Assembly: GCA_000004695.1 (NCBI GenBank)
Contig: CM000155.2
Coordinates: 1,120,001-1,184,000 of the forward strand
Origin: Dictyostelium discoideum
Taxonomy: Eukaryota
DNA: 64,000 bases
Direction: 5' to 3'
Made by a program: the position numbers and the translations under genes. The first letter of the stretch is position 1. Each line of letters starts with the position of its first letter. This document shows, in pieces, positions 1 through 11,899 of this stretch. Below the pieces are notes generated by a model. It was not told where the DNA came from. It did no database searches and was given only the letters and a program-made list of their open reading frames with translations.

Positions 1-1605
1 GGTAGTAATAGTATAAGAAGGCCAACAAAATTGGAATCATCATTACATCAAAGTATTTCAATGAGTAATTTAGGTCAAATTCCTTCATCTGCCTCTTCAT
101 CATATTCACAAACTTCACCATCATTACCATATAATCAACTCTATCATCAAACCACTTTACAAACACCATCATCACCATCATCACAACAACAACAAATACA
201 ATTTTATCAACAACAAGCATTACAGCTACAACAACAACAACAACAGCAACAACAACAACAAAGAGAAATTCAATTTAAACAAACTCAATTAATACAACAA
301 GCACAAATTGAAGATAATGGTTGGCCAAATCATGCATTAGGTAGAAAATTAGTAAAATCATTAATTGATTACTATAAGAAATTGGAAGATGTTCAAACAT
401 TGGCTACAATATCTTGTATTTTAATTTTAGCTGCAAATCAATTACAAAAATTGAAAAATGGTGAATCGATAACCTCAATTGGTTCATCGTCTTCATCATC
501 ATCATCTTCATTGGCATCTTCACCTTTAACATTTTCTGCTGGAGGTGGTGGTGGTGGTAGCTACTCACCAATGTTTAATTTCTCTGCAATTTCAATTAGT
601 GCTCCAATGGGTATTGATGATATGGTTTCAAAACAAAAAGGTCATCTTTATAACTATTATGGTCAGCAACAACATAGCCACTATCATCATGGATATCAAC
701 ATCATAATATTCACCAAACCTATGGTAGTCATCCAAATGATGTCATTACCTATGATCCAAATCTTTGTTTATTAGATCCAAATAATTCAAAAATTTACGA
801 TTACTATAGACAACAATATTCAGATTTATTATATCGTTGGGGTCTTTTAGAAAAGAGAGCAGAGGTATTGAAATATATTCAACATAAGGAAGTAGATAAG
901 GGTATTAATTTCTCAATTGAATGTATAAAATGCAATAGAAAGTTAAATAACTTTTATTGTAACAATTGTAAGATATATGCCGTTAAATGTTCAATTTGTA
1001 ATATTTCAGTACGTGGTCTTTCAAGTTTTTGTCTTTATTGTGGTCATGGTGGTCATACTAATCATATTAAAGGTTGGTTTGAAAAACAAACCAAATGTCC
1101 AACTGGCTGTGGTTGTACTTGTTCTTTTAATTTACCTTTTATTCAACAACAACAATATCAACAACAATTACAACAACAACAACAACAATTACAACAACAA
1201 TTACAACTACAACAAACACAACAACAACAACCACAACATTATCAACAACATCGTCATAGTATGAGTGGAACTTCACATTATCATCAACAACAACCACATA
1301 CTCATAATTATCAACAACATATTTCTTCATACGCTCATACAACTTATCAACCACATACTCCAAGAAATAATGGTCAACCAGTTCTACCACAACAAAGAAG
1401 ATATAGTATTTCAACATTTGATCCACAACAAGAACAAGACCATGAAAAATTTAATCATGGTGGTGGTAGTGGTGGTGGTGATGCCATTTTTCATGATATT
1501 TTATTTTCACCAAATTCATCATCATCCTCTTCTTCTTACCAACAACAAACTAAAAATAGTCATCAATATCATCACCCAAGTAACCCATATATGTTTTCAA
1601 ATTAA
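1..1605 (+). CDS. 3' part (probably the last exon) of a GATOR2-type WD40 protein gene (WDR59/WDR24/MIOS family). It carries a C-terminal RING-like zinc finger and poly-Q tracts. The frame is open from base 1, so the gene continues upstream of the window.
   Basis: The frame is open from position 1 (the ORF track starts at a TTG at 31). The C-terminus reads CIKCNRKLNNFYCNNCKIYAVKCSICNISVRGLSSFCLYCGHGGHTNHIKGWFEKQTKCPTGCGCTC. This matches the conserved C-x2-C...VRG...C..CGHGGH..H...W......CP.GCGC.C signature of the GATOR2 WD40 subunits. The poly-Q tracts are encoded by CAA repeats. The stop is at 1603-1605. Confidence 0.5.
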   Translation, partial: GSNSIRRPTKLESSLHQSISMSNLGQIPSSASSSYSQTSPSLPYNQLYHQTTLQTPSSPSSQQQQIQFYQQQALQLQQQQQQQQQQQREIQFKQTQLIQQAQIEDNGWPNHALGRKLVKSLIDYYKKLEDVQTLATISCILILAANQLQKLKNGESITSIGSSSSSSSSSLASSPLTFSAGGGGGGSYSPMFNFSAISISAPMGIDDMVSKQKGHLYNYYGQQQHSHYHHGYQHHNIHQTYGSHPNDVITYDPNLCLLDPNNSKIYDYYRQQYSDLLYRWGLLEKRAEVLKYIQHKEVDKGINFSIECIKCNRKLNNFYCNNCKIYAVKCSICNISVRGLSSFCLYCGHGGHTNHIKGWFEKQTKCPTGCGCTCSFNLPFIQQQQYQQQLQQQQQQLQQQLQLQQTQQQQPQHYQQHRHSMSGTSHYHQQQPHTHNYQQHISSYAHTTYQPHTPRNNGQPVLPQQRRYSISTFDPQQEQDHEKFNHGGGSGGGDAIFHDILFSPNSSSSSSSYQQQTKNSHQYHHPSNPYMFSN

Positions 1606-1897
1606 TAATTATATTAATAAAAAAAACAAAAAAAAAAAAATTTAAAATCCAAGTTTTATCTTTTGTCTATTGTTTTTTTTTTATTTTTTTTTTTTTAATA
1701 ATCCAAAGTTTCCTTAAAAATACCATCAATATTGAGTCATCCAGTTAACATATACTATGGAATTTTAACATGTTTAAAAACAAATAAAATATATTATAAT
1801 TTTAGAAAATAAATAAACTTTATTTAAGTTATTCAAATATTTAACAGTCGATTTTGTATATATATATAATTATATTAAAAACTTGATAATCAAGGAA

Positions 1898-3685
1898 TTA
1901 AGCTGATCTACTTCCCTTTACACGGTATTTGGAATTAAATCTCTTACTTCCTAAGATACCAGTAATACCAAGTCCAGTTAATAAAATGGCAAACACTGCA
2001 GTTGGAGCTATTAAGAGATCTAAAGAATTAACTTCATCAACGCAAACAATATTTTGAACTTCATCTATGAATGGCATAAGATATGAACATTTAATTAATG
2101 GTACAACTTTATCAGTCCAAAGAGTAGTGAGTGAAGTTAAGATATCATAAAGTTGCATAATTTGTTTTGTAGTATTTACAACTTGTTGGTTGTATTGGCA
2201 ACCACCTTGAGAGCAAGAATTAACAGAACTAACATCTACCCAATCACAAGACATAACTTCGGTAAGAATGGATGGATCACAAGTTGATAAATCACCACAA
2301 GTTGGTGCATTCTTACATTTAACATTAAAGTCATGGACAGTAGTATTGAATAAATAAATACTTAATGTTGTATTGCTACAAGTTAGAGTTGGTGGACAAT
2401 CTAAAACATTTTGTTGATATGGTACTGATAATGGGTTATCATTAGGATAACGTGGGAAAGCCAATTGGCAAGCGTCATTGATTTTATCACAACTTGTATC
2501 GGTTGCATTCTGGAGTAGATTATTAACCAATGATTGTAAATCCTCGAAAACAGAGATGGTATTATTGTCATTTTGACAGCCTTCAAAGACCTGTTCGATA
2601 ATTGGATTTGTAAAATTTGATAATTGTTGTACACCAGTTGTATCATAACTTATACAAATATCAGCAACGACACTATTGATTGGATAATGAACAGAGAAAA
2701 CGATCCACATGAATGGAATTAAAATTACCAAAGCGATAGAGGCTGCACGTGAAATTCTTGGTAGACCAATTAGTGCTGATACACCAATGAGGCCTGCCAC
2801 TACCATGCAAAATACTAAACCGACGATAATGATCTTTGTTCTAATATTATTTATATCCTTTGCGTTGGAACTGATATCCTCGCCTTTACTCTCGAGTTCC
2901 TCACCATCGCTAATCAATTGGGTCAATTGTGATTGAATCTCTTGTTTTTGATCAAATTGTTGATATTTAGTCTCATTTAATTGATTACTAATCTCAATCA
3001 ATTGTTCTAAAGTGTATGAGGTTTTATTGAAAACAGTGTCACTCAAATTGTTAATACCAGAGGTCACAGAGGAATTACCCTTTAAACTTGTAATGAAAAC
3101 TGCAACACAACCTGCAACCATAATTAATGTAACCAATTTTAATATAAAAACTCTACCCTTTGAGTAACCTTCACCAATATCTGGGTCATATTTTGGACCT
3201 GGACAAAGAATACCATGTGTTGGTTTACAACCACCAAAACAAAGACATCTAAAAATCCAAAATATTATACCAAAAATTAATGTAATTGCTGCAATTATAA
3301 AGGTAATTCCTGATAATAATATTACTGCTTCAATATATTCATCCCATTTACAATCTTCAATTGTTGTACCACCACAAAATCCTGATGGATATTTTTCAAG
3401 CTAAAAAAAATAAAATAAAAATAAAAATAAAAAAATAAATATAAAAATAATAATAATAAAAAATTAATAAATTAATAAAAATTAATTTTTCAAATTAATC
3501 AATGAATGAATGATTAAATAACTTACATGACCATCAGTTGTAAAAAATGTATATCTTGCAATATCACGATATCTATTTATAATATCCAATGCTTTTGATT
3601 CTGCATCAGCTTTTACAAATTGATAATTACAATTAATAATTAATAATATGATTAATAATGATAAAATTTTATTTATTTTTATCAT
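1898..3685 (-). CDS. Five-pass transmembrane glycoprotein with a signal peptide and tweety/prominin-like topology. It has 2 exons: 3685..3527 and 3400..1898.
   Basis: Exon 1 is MIKINKILSLLIILLIINCNYQFVKADAESKALDIINRYRDIARYTFFTTDGH, followed by a GTAAGT donor (phase 0). The acceptor is ttttttttag at 3401-3402. Exon 2 (LEKYPSGFCGGTTIEDCKWDEYIEAVILLSGITFIIAAITLIFGIIFWIF...) joins in frame with the 412-aa ORF 1898..3136. Hydrophobic segments give an SP-TM1-TM2-(~90 aa loop)-TM3-TM4-(~230 aa Cys-rich N-glycosylated ectodomain)-TM5 layout. Confidence 0.6.
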
Positions 3686-4939
3686 TTTTTTTTTTATTTT
3701 TTTTTTTATTTATTTTATTTTGTTTTTTTTTTTTTCTAATCTTTTTTTTTTTTTTTTTAGTATAATAATTAAACTATATTATATTATTTTTAAAAATAAA
3801 TAAATAAATTAATGAATAAATTGAAATTATAATAATGATTATATTTGTGGTAAAATAAAATTAAAATAAAAAAATAAAAATAAAACTTTTTTTTTTTTTA
3901 TTTTTTTTTTTTTTGAGTGATATCAGACGTGTGAAATTATAATAATAGAATGAAAAAAAAAAACAAGGGGTTATCAATTGTAAAAAAAAAAACAAAAATA
4001 AAATAAAATAATAAATAAAAAAAAAAATGAAATTATAAATAAAACAAAAATAAAAAAAAAAAGAAAAGAAAAATCAAAAAAATGAAAAAAGGAGTTTGAA
4101 ATCTGACAATCGGTTATTAAAGATAGTGTGATAAAAAAATAAAAAAAAAAATCATAAAAACAACTGACCACCTGTCATTTTTTTTTATTATTTTGAAAAT
4201 TTTTGTGCATTGCCAAAGTGTTTTTACAAAATTGTGTTTTTTTTTTTGGTTGTTTTTTTTTTGGAAATGCCAAAATGTCTTAAAGAAATTTTTTTTTTGT
4301 TTTCTTTTTTTTAACTTTTTTTTATTTGTTTTTTTTTTTTTAAAAAAACCGTCACAAAAAATTGTATTTTAAAACTTAAATATTTGATGTAAAAAATAAA
4401 ATAATATTGGGGAAAACACCACACACTTTGGTTTAAAAATATGAATTTTTCTTAAAATTTAAAGAACTTCTTTGTGTACAATTCTTTTTGGTTTAAAGAG
4501 AACACGACTTGAATTCTTTTTTTTTGTGGCACAATTTTATTAAAAAAAAAATGGTTATTGGTTGGGTATTTGTTTTGGATTCAATCAAAAATAAAATATA
4601 CTTTATAATTGTTTAAAATTATCTTTATTCAAAAGAGATAATATTTTAATAAATTATTGTTTTTTTTTTTTTTTTATATAATCATTTAAATTAAATAATA
4701 ATTAACTTTTTATTTATAAACTATAATTATAATTAAAATTTGATATCACACCTATTTATAAATTAAAATTTTTTTATTTTTTTATTTTTTTTTTTGAATT
4801 CCTTTGTCTTCTGGAAATGTTAAAGGATATTGCTTTTATTGTTTGAAGTTTACTTTTTAATATTGATTAAAGGCAATAAACAATAATAATTGTTTTATGA
4901 AAAAACCTAAAGCAGCTATAAATTTTGATTTTCATCAAA

Positions 4940-5021
4940 GACATCGTAGCGAAGTGGTCTAACGCGTTTGACTTGAAATCAAATCTCCTAGGAGGCGCAG
5001 GTTCGAACCCTGCCGATGTCG
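4940..5021 (+). tRNA. tRNA-Ser (anticodon UGA), 82 nt with a long variable arm.
   Basis: GACATCG...CGATGTC+G forms a 7-bp acceptor stem. The anticodon stem is TTTGA/TCAAA with loop CTTGAAA, giving anticodon TGA. The long variable arm is TCTCCTAGGAGGC. The T arm is GCAGGTTCGAACCCTGC. Confidence 0.9.
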
Positions 5022-5070
5022 ATACCTTTTCAATGGAATAGCAGGTTTACGAACTTCGGATATATCATAC

Positions 5071-7637
5071 AAAGGCTCAAGCTAAGAAAAACAACAGCTA
5101 ATCACTATTGTATTCCAGAATCATCTCTCCCAAATATTATCTCATTACGAAATGTTGGAAAATTGGACAGTGACCAGGGACTCAACATGGGACAACCTTG
5201 AAAATGAATTCACCTCACAAGAAATCCTTGAAGTAATAAAACAACTGAACCCACACAAATCTCCAGGTCCAGATGGAATTCCAAACTTATTCTACATAAC
5301 ACACAAAGAAAAACTAGCTCCAATACTGGCCTCAGCATTCAACGACACTCTAAGAAATCCTCATCTAATTAGCAAAAATTACAAAGAAGGCCTCATTATC
5401 ACGATACCTAAAAAGGGAGACCCCGAACTAATCAAAAACAGAAGACCAATTACACTGGCTAACTGTATATATAAAATCCACTCAAAGCTAATAAACAATA
5501 GAATAATCCCAATACTAACGAAAGTGATCAACCACAATCAAAAAGGTTTCGTACCAGGCAGATTCATTCTAGATAATATCATATCAATGAACGAATTAAT
5601 CAACTATTGTAATGATAAAAGAATTAACGGAATAATTACACTATATGATTTCGAAAAAGCTTTTGACTCGATCTCACACGGTTCAATACTTAGATCACTA
5701 CAACACATCAACATTCCAACCAATATAATCAACCTGATAATGAATCTACTCACCAAATCTGAAGCAAGAATTGAAATTAATGGTAGAACTACTATACCCT
5801 TTGAGATCAAAAGAGGAGTTAAACAAGGAGATCCACTATCACCCACCCTGTTCGTCCTTGTAATAGAGGCTTTAGCTAGAAAAATTTTACAAGATGACCG
5901 AATTACTGGCCTTCCTCTAAACAACAGCAACCACAGAGAGAAATTCCCAAAGCTTTGCAGACGACTCGGCTTCAATGGTCCCAGACTCTCAACAACTTGA
6001 ATTAGTACTACAACACTTCAATTCATTTTGCAAAGCCACTTCCTCAAAACTTAACATCGACAAATCTTCATCAATTCTTATAGGCAACCCAGACAATACC
6101 AACCAAAGAATTCCAATATCTACAAATCCAGAAAGATACTTGGGATACTTCTTCACAGGTAAAGGGATAACAAGAAAAATGCCAGAAATATTAAACACAA
6201 TAAGATCATCCTTAGTACTATGGAAAACCACTGACTCAACAATCAAAACCAAAACCAACATCCTCAAAGCATTCGCACTCTCTAAATTAACCTACTATTC
6301 ATATGTAGAGAACTTTAAGGAAGAGGAATTAAACCAAATCAATAAATTAGTCGAATGGTTTTTATCGGCACCAAACAACAAAAATGCTAGTGGATTTCAA
6401 GTTATTAATTTAATGAGAACCAAAAGAGCAAGATACCCACTAAAAGTAGGGGGCTGGAACATTTGGAATATAGAATTGAGACAACTGGCGCAGAAACTTT
6501 GGATCATAAACCAGTTCATCCTAGCACTAGAAACCAAACAAACAAACTCATCTCATCACAAAAGCTGGGAATATCAGATCCAAAAAAACAAATTCACATC
6601 CAGATACCTAAAAGAAAACTTAGATGAATGGAACAAAATAAGAATAAAAAAAGCAATCTTCAACAATAATCTCACATCCATAAAAAACGAAAATGGACAA
6701 CCACTTTCACTGGCAGAATGGTATACCACAATTCAAGACCAAAATCCAACCATCCCTAAAACGGAATTCCAATCATCTCTAAACTTAAGAGGCTACAGCT
6801 ATAATCAACTCTTCAACAACATACTGAAGATAAAAGACCCTAAAACAAGAGACACAATGTTTAGATTCCATGCCAGATGCCTTCCAATAAACTACCTTCA
6901 CAACAAACAATGCCCACTCTGCAAAGAAGATATGAGCAAAGACCCATACGGTCACCTGTTCTTCTCATGCAAGAAAACAAAACAATTCATAAAAATAAAT
7001 AAACTCAAAAATTTCATCTATATTACCACAGGCAAAGGTAAAAACTGGCACCATACAAGAATTAGGCAAAATAACAATTTCATTAATAGAATAACTCCAA
7101 AATTATCACCGACAGCCAAAAAAGATCAAGAAGTGAATGCAGATTACGCCAACCACAGATTCCACAAAGAATACTTTGAATGGAACTATAAAGCAATAGA
7201 CTATGATCTAACCAGATCATTCGCATATAGAAACCTAATGGCCCTTATCCTCCACAACATTTGGATTTGGATTTGCAATCAAATATACAGTGAAGATCCT
7301 TTAACAAATGAATCACTATCATACAGCTCCCTTCTAAAGAAATGGCACAAATTGGCCACTCTAGAATACATCAAAAAAGCAAAAGATCTGAAAAACTTAT
7401 CAGCAAAAGACCATAATAATTTCAAAGATCCTAAGATCCTTCTCACCTCAACGATCAAGCTAAGAAAAACAACAGCTAATTACTATTGTATTCCAGAATC
7501 ATCTCTCCCAAATATTATATCTTTTGATCAATTCATATGATTAAAATAACCCTTCAGCTTAAATGATAAGCCTATAAATAAATATTAAATAAAACTCGTA
7601 TTAACACAGATGGACATATATCAATCTTGTTAATCCA

Positions 7638-7681
<44 letters not shown>
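5071..7681 (+). mobile_element. 5'-truncated and rearranged TRE3-like non-LTR (LINE) retrotransposon. Its first base is 49 bp downstream of tRNA-Ser #1, and it ends in a 36-nt poly(A).
   Basis: The reverse-transcriptase ORF carries FxxGR, LYDFEKAFDSISH and KQGDPLSP motifs. The C-terminal Cys/His motif is HARCLPINYLHNKQCPLCKEDMSKDPYGHLFF. The first ~65 bp (5080-5145) duplicate the element's own 3'-terminal region (7455-7520). Poly(A) runs 7646-7681. The position and orientation relative to the tRNA match TRE3-class behaviour (established knowledge). Confidence 0.7.
5152..7540 (+). pseudogene. Non-LTR retrotransposon ORF2 (RT plus C-terminal Zn-finger-like region). It is frameshifted: ORFs 5152..6000 and 5975..7540 overlap in different frames.
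   Basis: RT domain 5152-6000 (PITLANCIYK, GFVPGRF, LYDFEKAFDSISHGSI, KQGDPLSPTLF). Translation continues in a different frame from about 5975. No EN/APE domain is present, consistent with 5' truncation. Confidence 0.75.
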
Positions 7682-7683
<2 letters not shown>

Positions 7684-8087
7684 AAAGGTTCGAAACTCGG
7701 TCGATTCCCCAATTCTGGGGACATTTCCTTTTATGGATAATGTTTTCTTTCTTTCTTTTGTTGTCCCAATTTTCAAATCAGGATTTGTTTTGATATTTAG
7801 ATGTGGATCTATTTTTTGTGAACTTTTCCAGCTTTTATGGTCAAAGTAAATTGTATTCATTCTCGAAGTTCTTTTCTACTTCGACCAATTCATCTAATCA
7901 ATTACAAGCTTACTTGATTATTTATTTAATTTAAATAATTTTAAATACTAACCTATTTAAAAACTGGATATTAAAAAAAAAAAAAAATTGTTTCTGATGT
8001 GGTTAATAAAAAGCACAAATGGAAATGGTAATACTCCAAAAATACGCAATCTAAATAAAAATAGGATAGAAATTCAATCCAACAATT

Positions 8088-9580
8088 ACACTTTTTTTTT
8101 TTTTGATATAAATAAACTATTGTAGTATACAATTAGTATGTTATTTTTATTTATTTTAGGTTTTTTAGTTTTTGTGAATTTAAAATGGTATGTTATTTTA
8201 GATTAGGTAATTAATAATTAATTGGTTCATTTGTGTTTATGCTCCATTCTTTTTTAATTTTTTTGATGGTTTCAGACCATTCGGTTTCTTTTTGAGTTTT
8301 TGTGAGGTTGTTTTTAATTGAGTATTGGTTAAAGTTTGATAATGTTCTTGAATATTCCAATCTTATTAGCTTGTGCCATTTTGATTTTAATATATCATAA
8401 TCTAGTGTTGTGTTGTTTATTTGGTTGTTCCAATTGTCAATTGATTGAGTTATATTGATGTCAAATAATGATTTGTATAACCATATCCATATTTGGTGAA
8501 TAACTAATGAGATTATGTTCCAATATGCATGTGTTCTGACTAGATCAAGATTTGTGTTTATATAATTCCAGTTGAACCTGTATTTTTTATATTGTGCGTT
8601 TTCTGCAAAATGGAAATTAATATTGATAGTTGGATCTGGTTTAAATGCTTTGTTGTTTGTTTGTGGTTTATAAATGAGTGTGTATAATTTTGTTGTTTGG
8701 TTTTTTGTTAGTGACCAGTTTTTGATTCCATTGCAATTTTTATATATAAAATTTTTTAATTTGTCGTGGTTTATGAAGTTGATTGTGTGCTGACAATTGA
8801 AAAACAAATGACCATAGGGATCATTATTCATTTCATTGTTGCAAATGGGGCAAACATTGTTGTGTAGATGATTAATCGGAAGACATCTAGCATGGAATCT
8901 TTGCATTGTATCACGGCCTTTTGGATCTTTTAGCTTTTGAATTTTGACAAATAGTTGGTCGTATGTGTATTTCCATAATAGTTGTATTGATTGTTGGTGC
9001 GACGTAAGAAGTAGATCTGAATATTTCTTGCCAATATAGTCTTTTGATTTACATTGATGATTGTTGAGTATTGTCGAGTAGATTTCTTTGAGTGTTGGTG
9101 GTAGTGAAATATTATTTGTGGTTAATGTTTGAGAGGTTTGGTTTTTTATTAATATTGGTTGAAGGGTTTGAACTTTATCTTTTAGATGTCCAATTTGAGT
9201 TGCATAGTTTTCCCATTCTTTTTTGATTTTTATAAGGTATGGAGAAGAGATTGATTTGTTGATGATTTGATCCATCCAACTTATCATGTATATTGAATTG
9301 TTTGCAGATTTATGCATTTGTAAAAATCTGTTGTATATCCAAATCTTTTGAGCAACTTGTCGTAATTGTATATTCCACATACCCCAACCACCTTCTTTTA
9401 ATGGTTTTAATGATCTATCATAACACATCAAAGGTATTTTTGCACGTGAATGGATGGTTGATGTGTTGTTTTCAATGGAATTGGTATTGAGAGTTGGTGA
9501 TTCAGAATTTGCGGAAGAATTCATAAACCATGAGATTAATTTATTAATTTGAATTTCTTCATCTTTTGTAAATTCTTCAA
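8088..9580 (-). mobile_element. Second, diverged TRE3-like fragment, 5'-truncated. Only about 1.3 kb of the ORF2 3' end plus the 3' UTR remains. It begins 49 bp downstream of tRNA-Ser #2.
   Basis: Minus-strand ORF 8211..9524 has HARCLPINHLHNNVCPICNNEMNNDPYGHLFFNC and GGWGMWNIQLRQVAQKIWI, paralogous to the element at 5071-7681. A T16 run on the + strand at 8088-8104 is the poly(A) tail. The junction with the conserved tRNA flank (...GATATATCATAC) is at about 9581. Confidence 0.65.
8211..9524 (-). CDS. Retrotransposon ORF2 C-terminal fragment (TRE3-like).
   Basis: See the mobile element above. The C-terminal Cys/His motif and upstream region are homologous to the copy on the + strand. Confidence 0.65.
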   Translation of the reverse strand: MNSSANSESPTLNTNSIENNTSTIHSRAKIPLMCYDRSLKPLKEGGWGMWNIQLRQVAQKIWIYNRFLQMHKSANNSIYMISWMDQIINKSISSPYLIKIKKEWENYATQIGHLKDKVQTLQPILIKNQTSQTLTTNNISLPPTLKEIYSTILNNHQCKSKDYIGKKYSDLLLTSHQQSIQLLWKYTYDQLFVKIQKLKDPKGRDTMQRFHARCLPINHLHNNVCPICNNEMNNDPYGHLFFNCQHTINFINHDKLKNFIYKNCNGIKNWSLTKNQTTKLYTLIYKPQTNNKAFKPDPTININFHFAENAQYKKYRFNWNYINTNLDLVRTHAYWNIISLVIHQIWIWLYKSLFDINITQSIDNWNNQINNTTLDYDILKSKWHKLIRLEYSRTLSNFNQYSIKNNLTKTQKETEWSETIKKIKKEWSINTNEPINY

Positions 9581-9629
9581 GGTATGATATATCCGAAGTT
9601 CGTAAACTTGTGATTCATTCAAAAGGAAT

Positions 9630-9711
9630 CGACATCGGCAGGGTTCGAACCTGCGCCTCCTAGGAGATTTGATTTCAAGTCAAACGCGTTAGACCACTTC
9701 GCTACGATGTC
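9630..9711 (-). tRNA. tRNA-Ser (UGA), copy 2.
   Basis: Exact reverse complement of the 82-nt gene at 4940-5021. About 28 bp of 5' flank (cagctataaattttgattttcatcaaag) and 49 bp of 3' flank are shared with copy 1. Confidence 0.9.
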
Positions 9712-9760
9712 TTTGATGAAAATCAAAATTTATAGCTGAAATACTATTAGAAATAGGGAG

Positions 9761-10423
9761 ATCGAAAAAAACAAACAACAACAACAATCTCTTTTTTTGA
9801 TTATTTCATTTTTCATATAAAAAAGACTTAAAAAACAAATAAATAAATAAATAAACTATTTTAAAAAGCCATCTTTTTACTTTATTGTAATTTATTATTT
9901 GTTTCGTTTTGAGAATTTTGCGTAGCAAAATTTTCAAAAAAAAAGCAAAAAATAATCAGATCGAAAAAAACAAACAACAACAACAATCTCTTTTTTTGAT
10001 TATTTCATTTTTCATATAAAAAAGACTTAAAAAACAAATAAATAAATAAATAAACTATTTTAAAAAGCCATCTTTTTACTTTATTGTAATTTATTATTTG
10101 TTTCGTTTTGAGAATTTTGCGTAGCAAAATTTTCAAAAAAAAAGCAAAAAATAATCAGATCGAAAAAAACAAACAACAACAACAATCTCTTTTTTTGATT
10201 ATTTCATTTTTCATATAAAAAAGACTTAAAAAAAAAATAAATAAATAAATAAACTTTTTTAAAAAGCCATCTTTTTACTTTATTGTAATTTATTATTTGT
10301 TTCGTTTTGAGAATTTTGCGTAGCAAAATTTTCAAAAAAAAAGCAAAAAATAATCAGATCGAAAAAAACAAACAACAACAACAATCTCTTTTTTTGATTA
10401 TTTCATTTTTCATATAAAAAAGA

Positions 10424-10480
<57 letters not shown>
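9761..10480 (+). repeat. Tandem repeat of ~198 bp (A-module-like unit), 3 full copies plus a ~70 bp partial copy ending in A~55.
   Basis: Units begin at 9761, 9959, 10157 and 10355 with (G/C)AGATCGAAAAAAACAAACAACAACAACAATCTC.... The copies are almost identical. Confidence 0.85.
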
Positions 10481-10484
<4 letters not shown>

Positions 10485-10559
10485 GGAACCAAGTTAATTA
10501 GAAAATTTCCAGATTTTTAACTTTTTAAAGAAAAATAAAAAAGATAGAAAGAAAATAAA

Positions 10560-11894
10560 ATGAAAATCACAAACAACACCACAAATATTAAGCAACACAA
10601 ATGCCTACAAAAAATAAGCGAAATTGTGGATAAAACTCAATTAAAAAAAAAACAATTCAAATACGTCATAAACATCAATCACGAACCAGACGATAAAATA
10701 AAAAAAGATTTAGAAAAAAGTTTGGACAAAAAAGATGTTTTAATCAAAAGTAATAATACATTCAAAATTCTCACAGACAGTATTAGTACAGTAATCTATT
10801 TTGTAAATATGTTTGATGCAGAATTAAAAGGACAATTTATAACCACTATAAGACCAAAAAATATGTATACAGATTTTGATTGGTATAAATCACTCACAGA
10901 AATAGAATGGGTAATAGAAAATGAAGGATGTAAACTAATTAAATCAGAAATTAAAGGCGAAACTCTAATTATCAAAACAGTGAAAAGAGTCGTAGAAGAA
11001 TTTGACACTATCATTGAACTAGACAATCTAACATTAATTGGACACTCCAACAAAGGATGGAGAGATCAAACCTCATTACCAGAAAATCAAGAAGAAAACA
11101 AAAATAAAAAACAATCAGATGAACAACAACCACAATCTACATCAGAACAAATACCAAAACAAGGAAAAAGAACAATCATTATCCCACCAATCACATCCTC
11201 ATCTAATGATAAAACATTTATGGCCCTAGATGATACAGCTCAAAAGGTAATAGAAGCATCACTAGAAAACGTAGATGAACTAACAAGAATAGAGAATGAG
11301 ATCAATACACAATCGATAAACAATCAAGAAATTAAAACAAAATCAGAAAAACCTATCGAACCACCATCTCCATACAATACACCAATAAAACAACACGGCG
11401 AAACAAAGGGACTAACAACGGAAGAAAAACTTAGAGAGGCAAATGATATCTTCGACTTCACCAGCCCAAACACTGATGCAATAAGAAAAATAGAATTCCC
11501 ACTTTCAATCCCTTCAAATCAATGGTTCTTCTCCTCTCCAATAAAACATATCATGAGTTTCAGCCCAACCTATGGTACACCATCGAAAATTATCGATTCA
11601 CCAAGTAAATTGTTAAACACACCAAAAAAGAAACAACAAGACAAAACAAACAAGACCAACAAAACACCAGTCAAACCAAAATTGGGTGAATATGGACAAA
11701 AAAGCATAAAAACAAAAATGGATGAAGATATAGACAACTTCAACAAGGAAATTCTAAAACAAATCAATAAATCAAAAAACCCCACAAACACACAAGACCA
11801 ACAACACAATGAACAAAGTAAAGATCAGTTAGAAGACAAAATAAACCAGAAACTTCAAAAGGTAGATAAAAATCTACCCCAAATAAAACTATAA
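10560..11894 (+). CDS. Retrotransposon ORF1 protein, 444 aa (~51 kDa), Ser/Lys/Gln-rich.
   Basis: Continuous ORF lying between the A-module repeats and an ORF2 start (IRIGVWNVQGSNT...ALLTETN, an apurinic/apyrimidinic (AP)-endonuclease N-terminus) at 11900-12190. Its size matches the ~51 kDa ORF1p reported for TRE5-A (established knowledge). Confidence 0.6.
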   Translation: MKITNNTTNIKQHKCLQKISEIVDKTQLKKKQFKYVININHEPDDKIKKDLEKSLDKKDVLIKSNNTFKILTDSISTVIYFVNMFDAELKGQFITTIRPKNMYTDFDWYKSLTEIEWVIENEGCKLIKSEIKGETLIIKTVKRVVEEFDTIIELDNLTLIGHSNKGWRDQTSLPENQEENKNKKQSDEQQPQSTSEQIPKQGKRTIIIPPITSSSNDKTFMALDDTAQKVIEASLENVDELTRIENEINTQSINNQEIKTKSEKPIEPPSPYNTPIKQHGETKGLTTEEKLREANDIFDFTSPNTDAIRKIEFPLSIPSNQWFFSSPIKHIMSFSPTYGTPSKIIDSPSKLLNTPKKKQQDKTNKTNKTPVKPKLGEYGQKSIKTKMDEDIDNFNKEILKQINKSKNPTNTQDQQHNEQSKDQLEDKINQKLQKVDKNLPQIKL

Positions 11895-11899
11895 AGAAA

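Noticed and set aside
545-1645. Several overlapping small ORFs (545..775, 977..1264, 1139..1426 on the minus strand, 1265..1645)
   Set aside because: They are alternative-frame readings of the poly-Q/poly-N-rich GATOR2-like CDS, and all are low-complexity.
3974-4171. 65-aa F-rich minus-strand ORF
   Set aside because: It is an A-rich intergenic tract read on the opposite strand.
5016-5201. 61-aa ORF starting in the tRNA 3' end
   Set aside because: It spans the tRNA flank and the 5' junction of the TRE3 copy. Its KLRKTTANHYCIPESSLPNIIS segment is just the duplicated element terminus read in frame.
7682-7730. GGTTCGAAACTCGG, resembling a tRNA T-arm, right after the TRE3 poly(A)
   Set aside because: No acceptor stem, D-arm or anticodon arm can be formed around it. 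It is most likely chance or a fragment.
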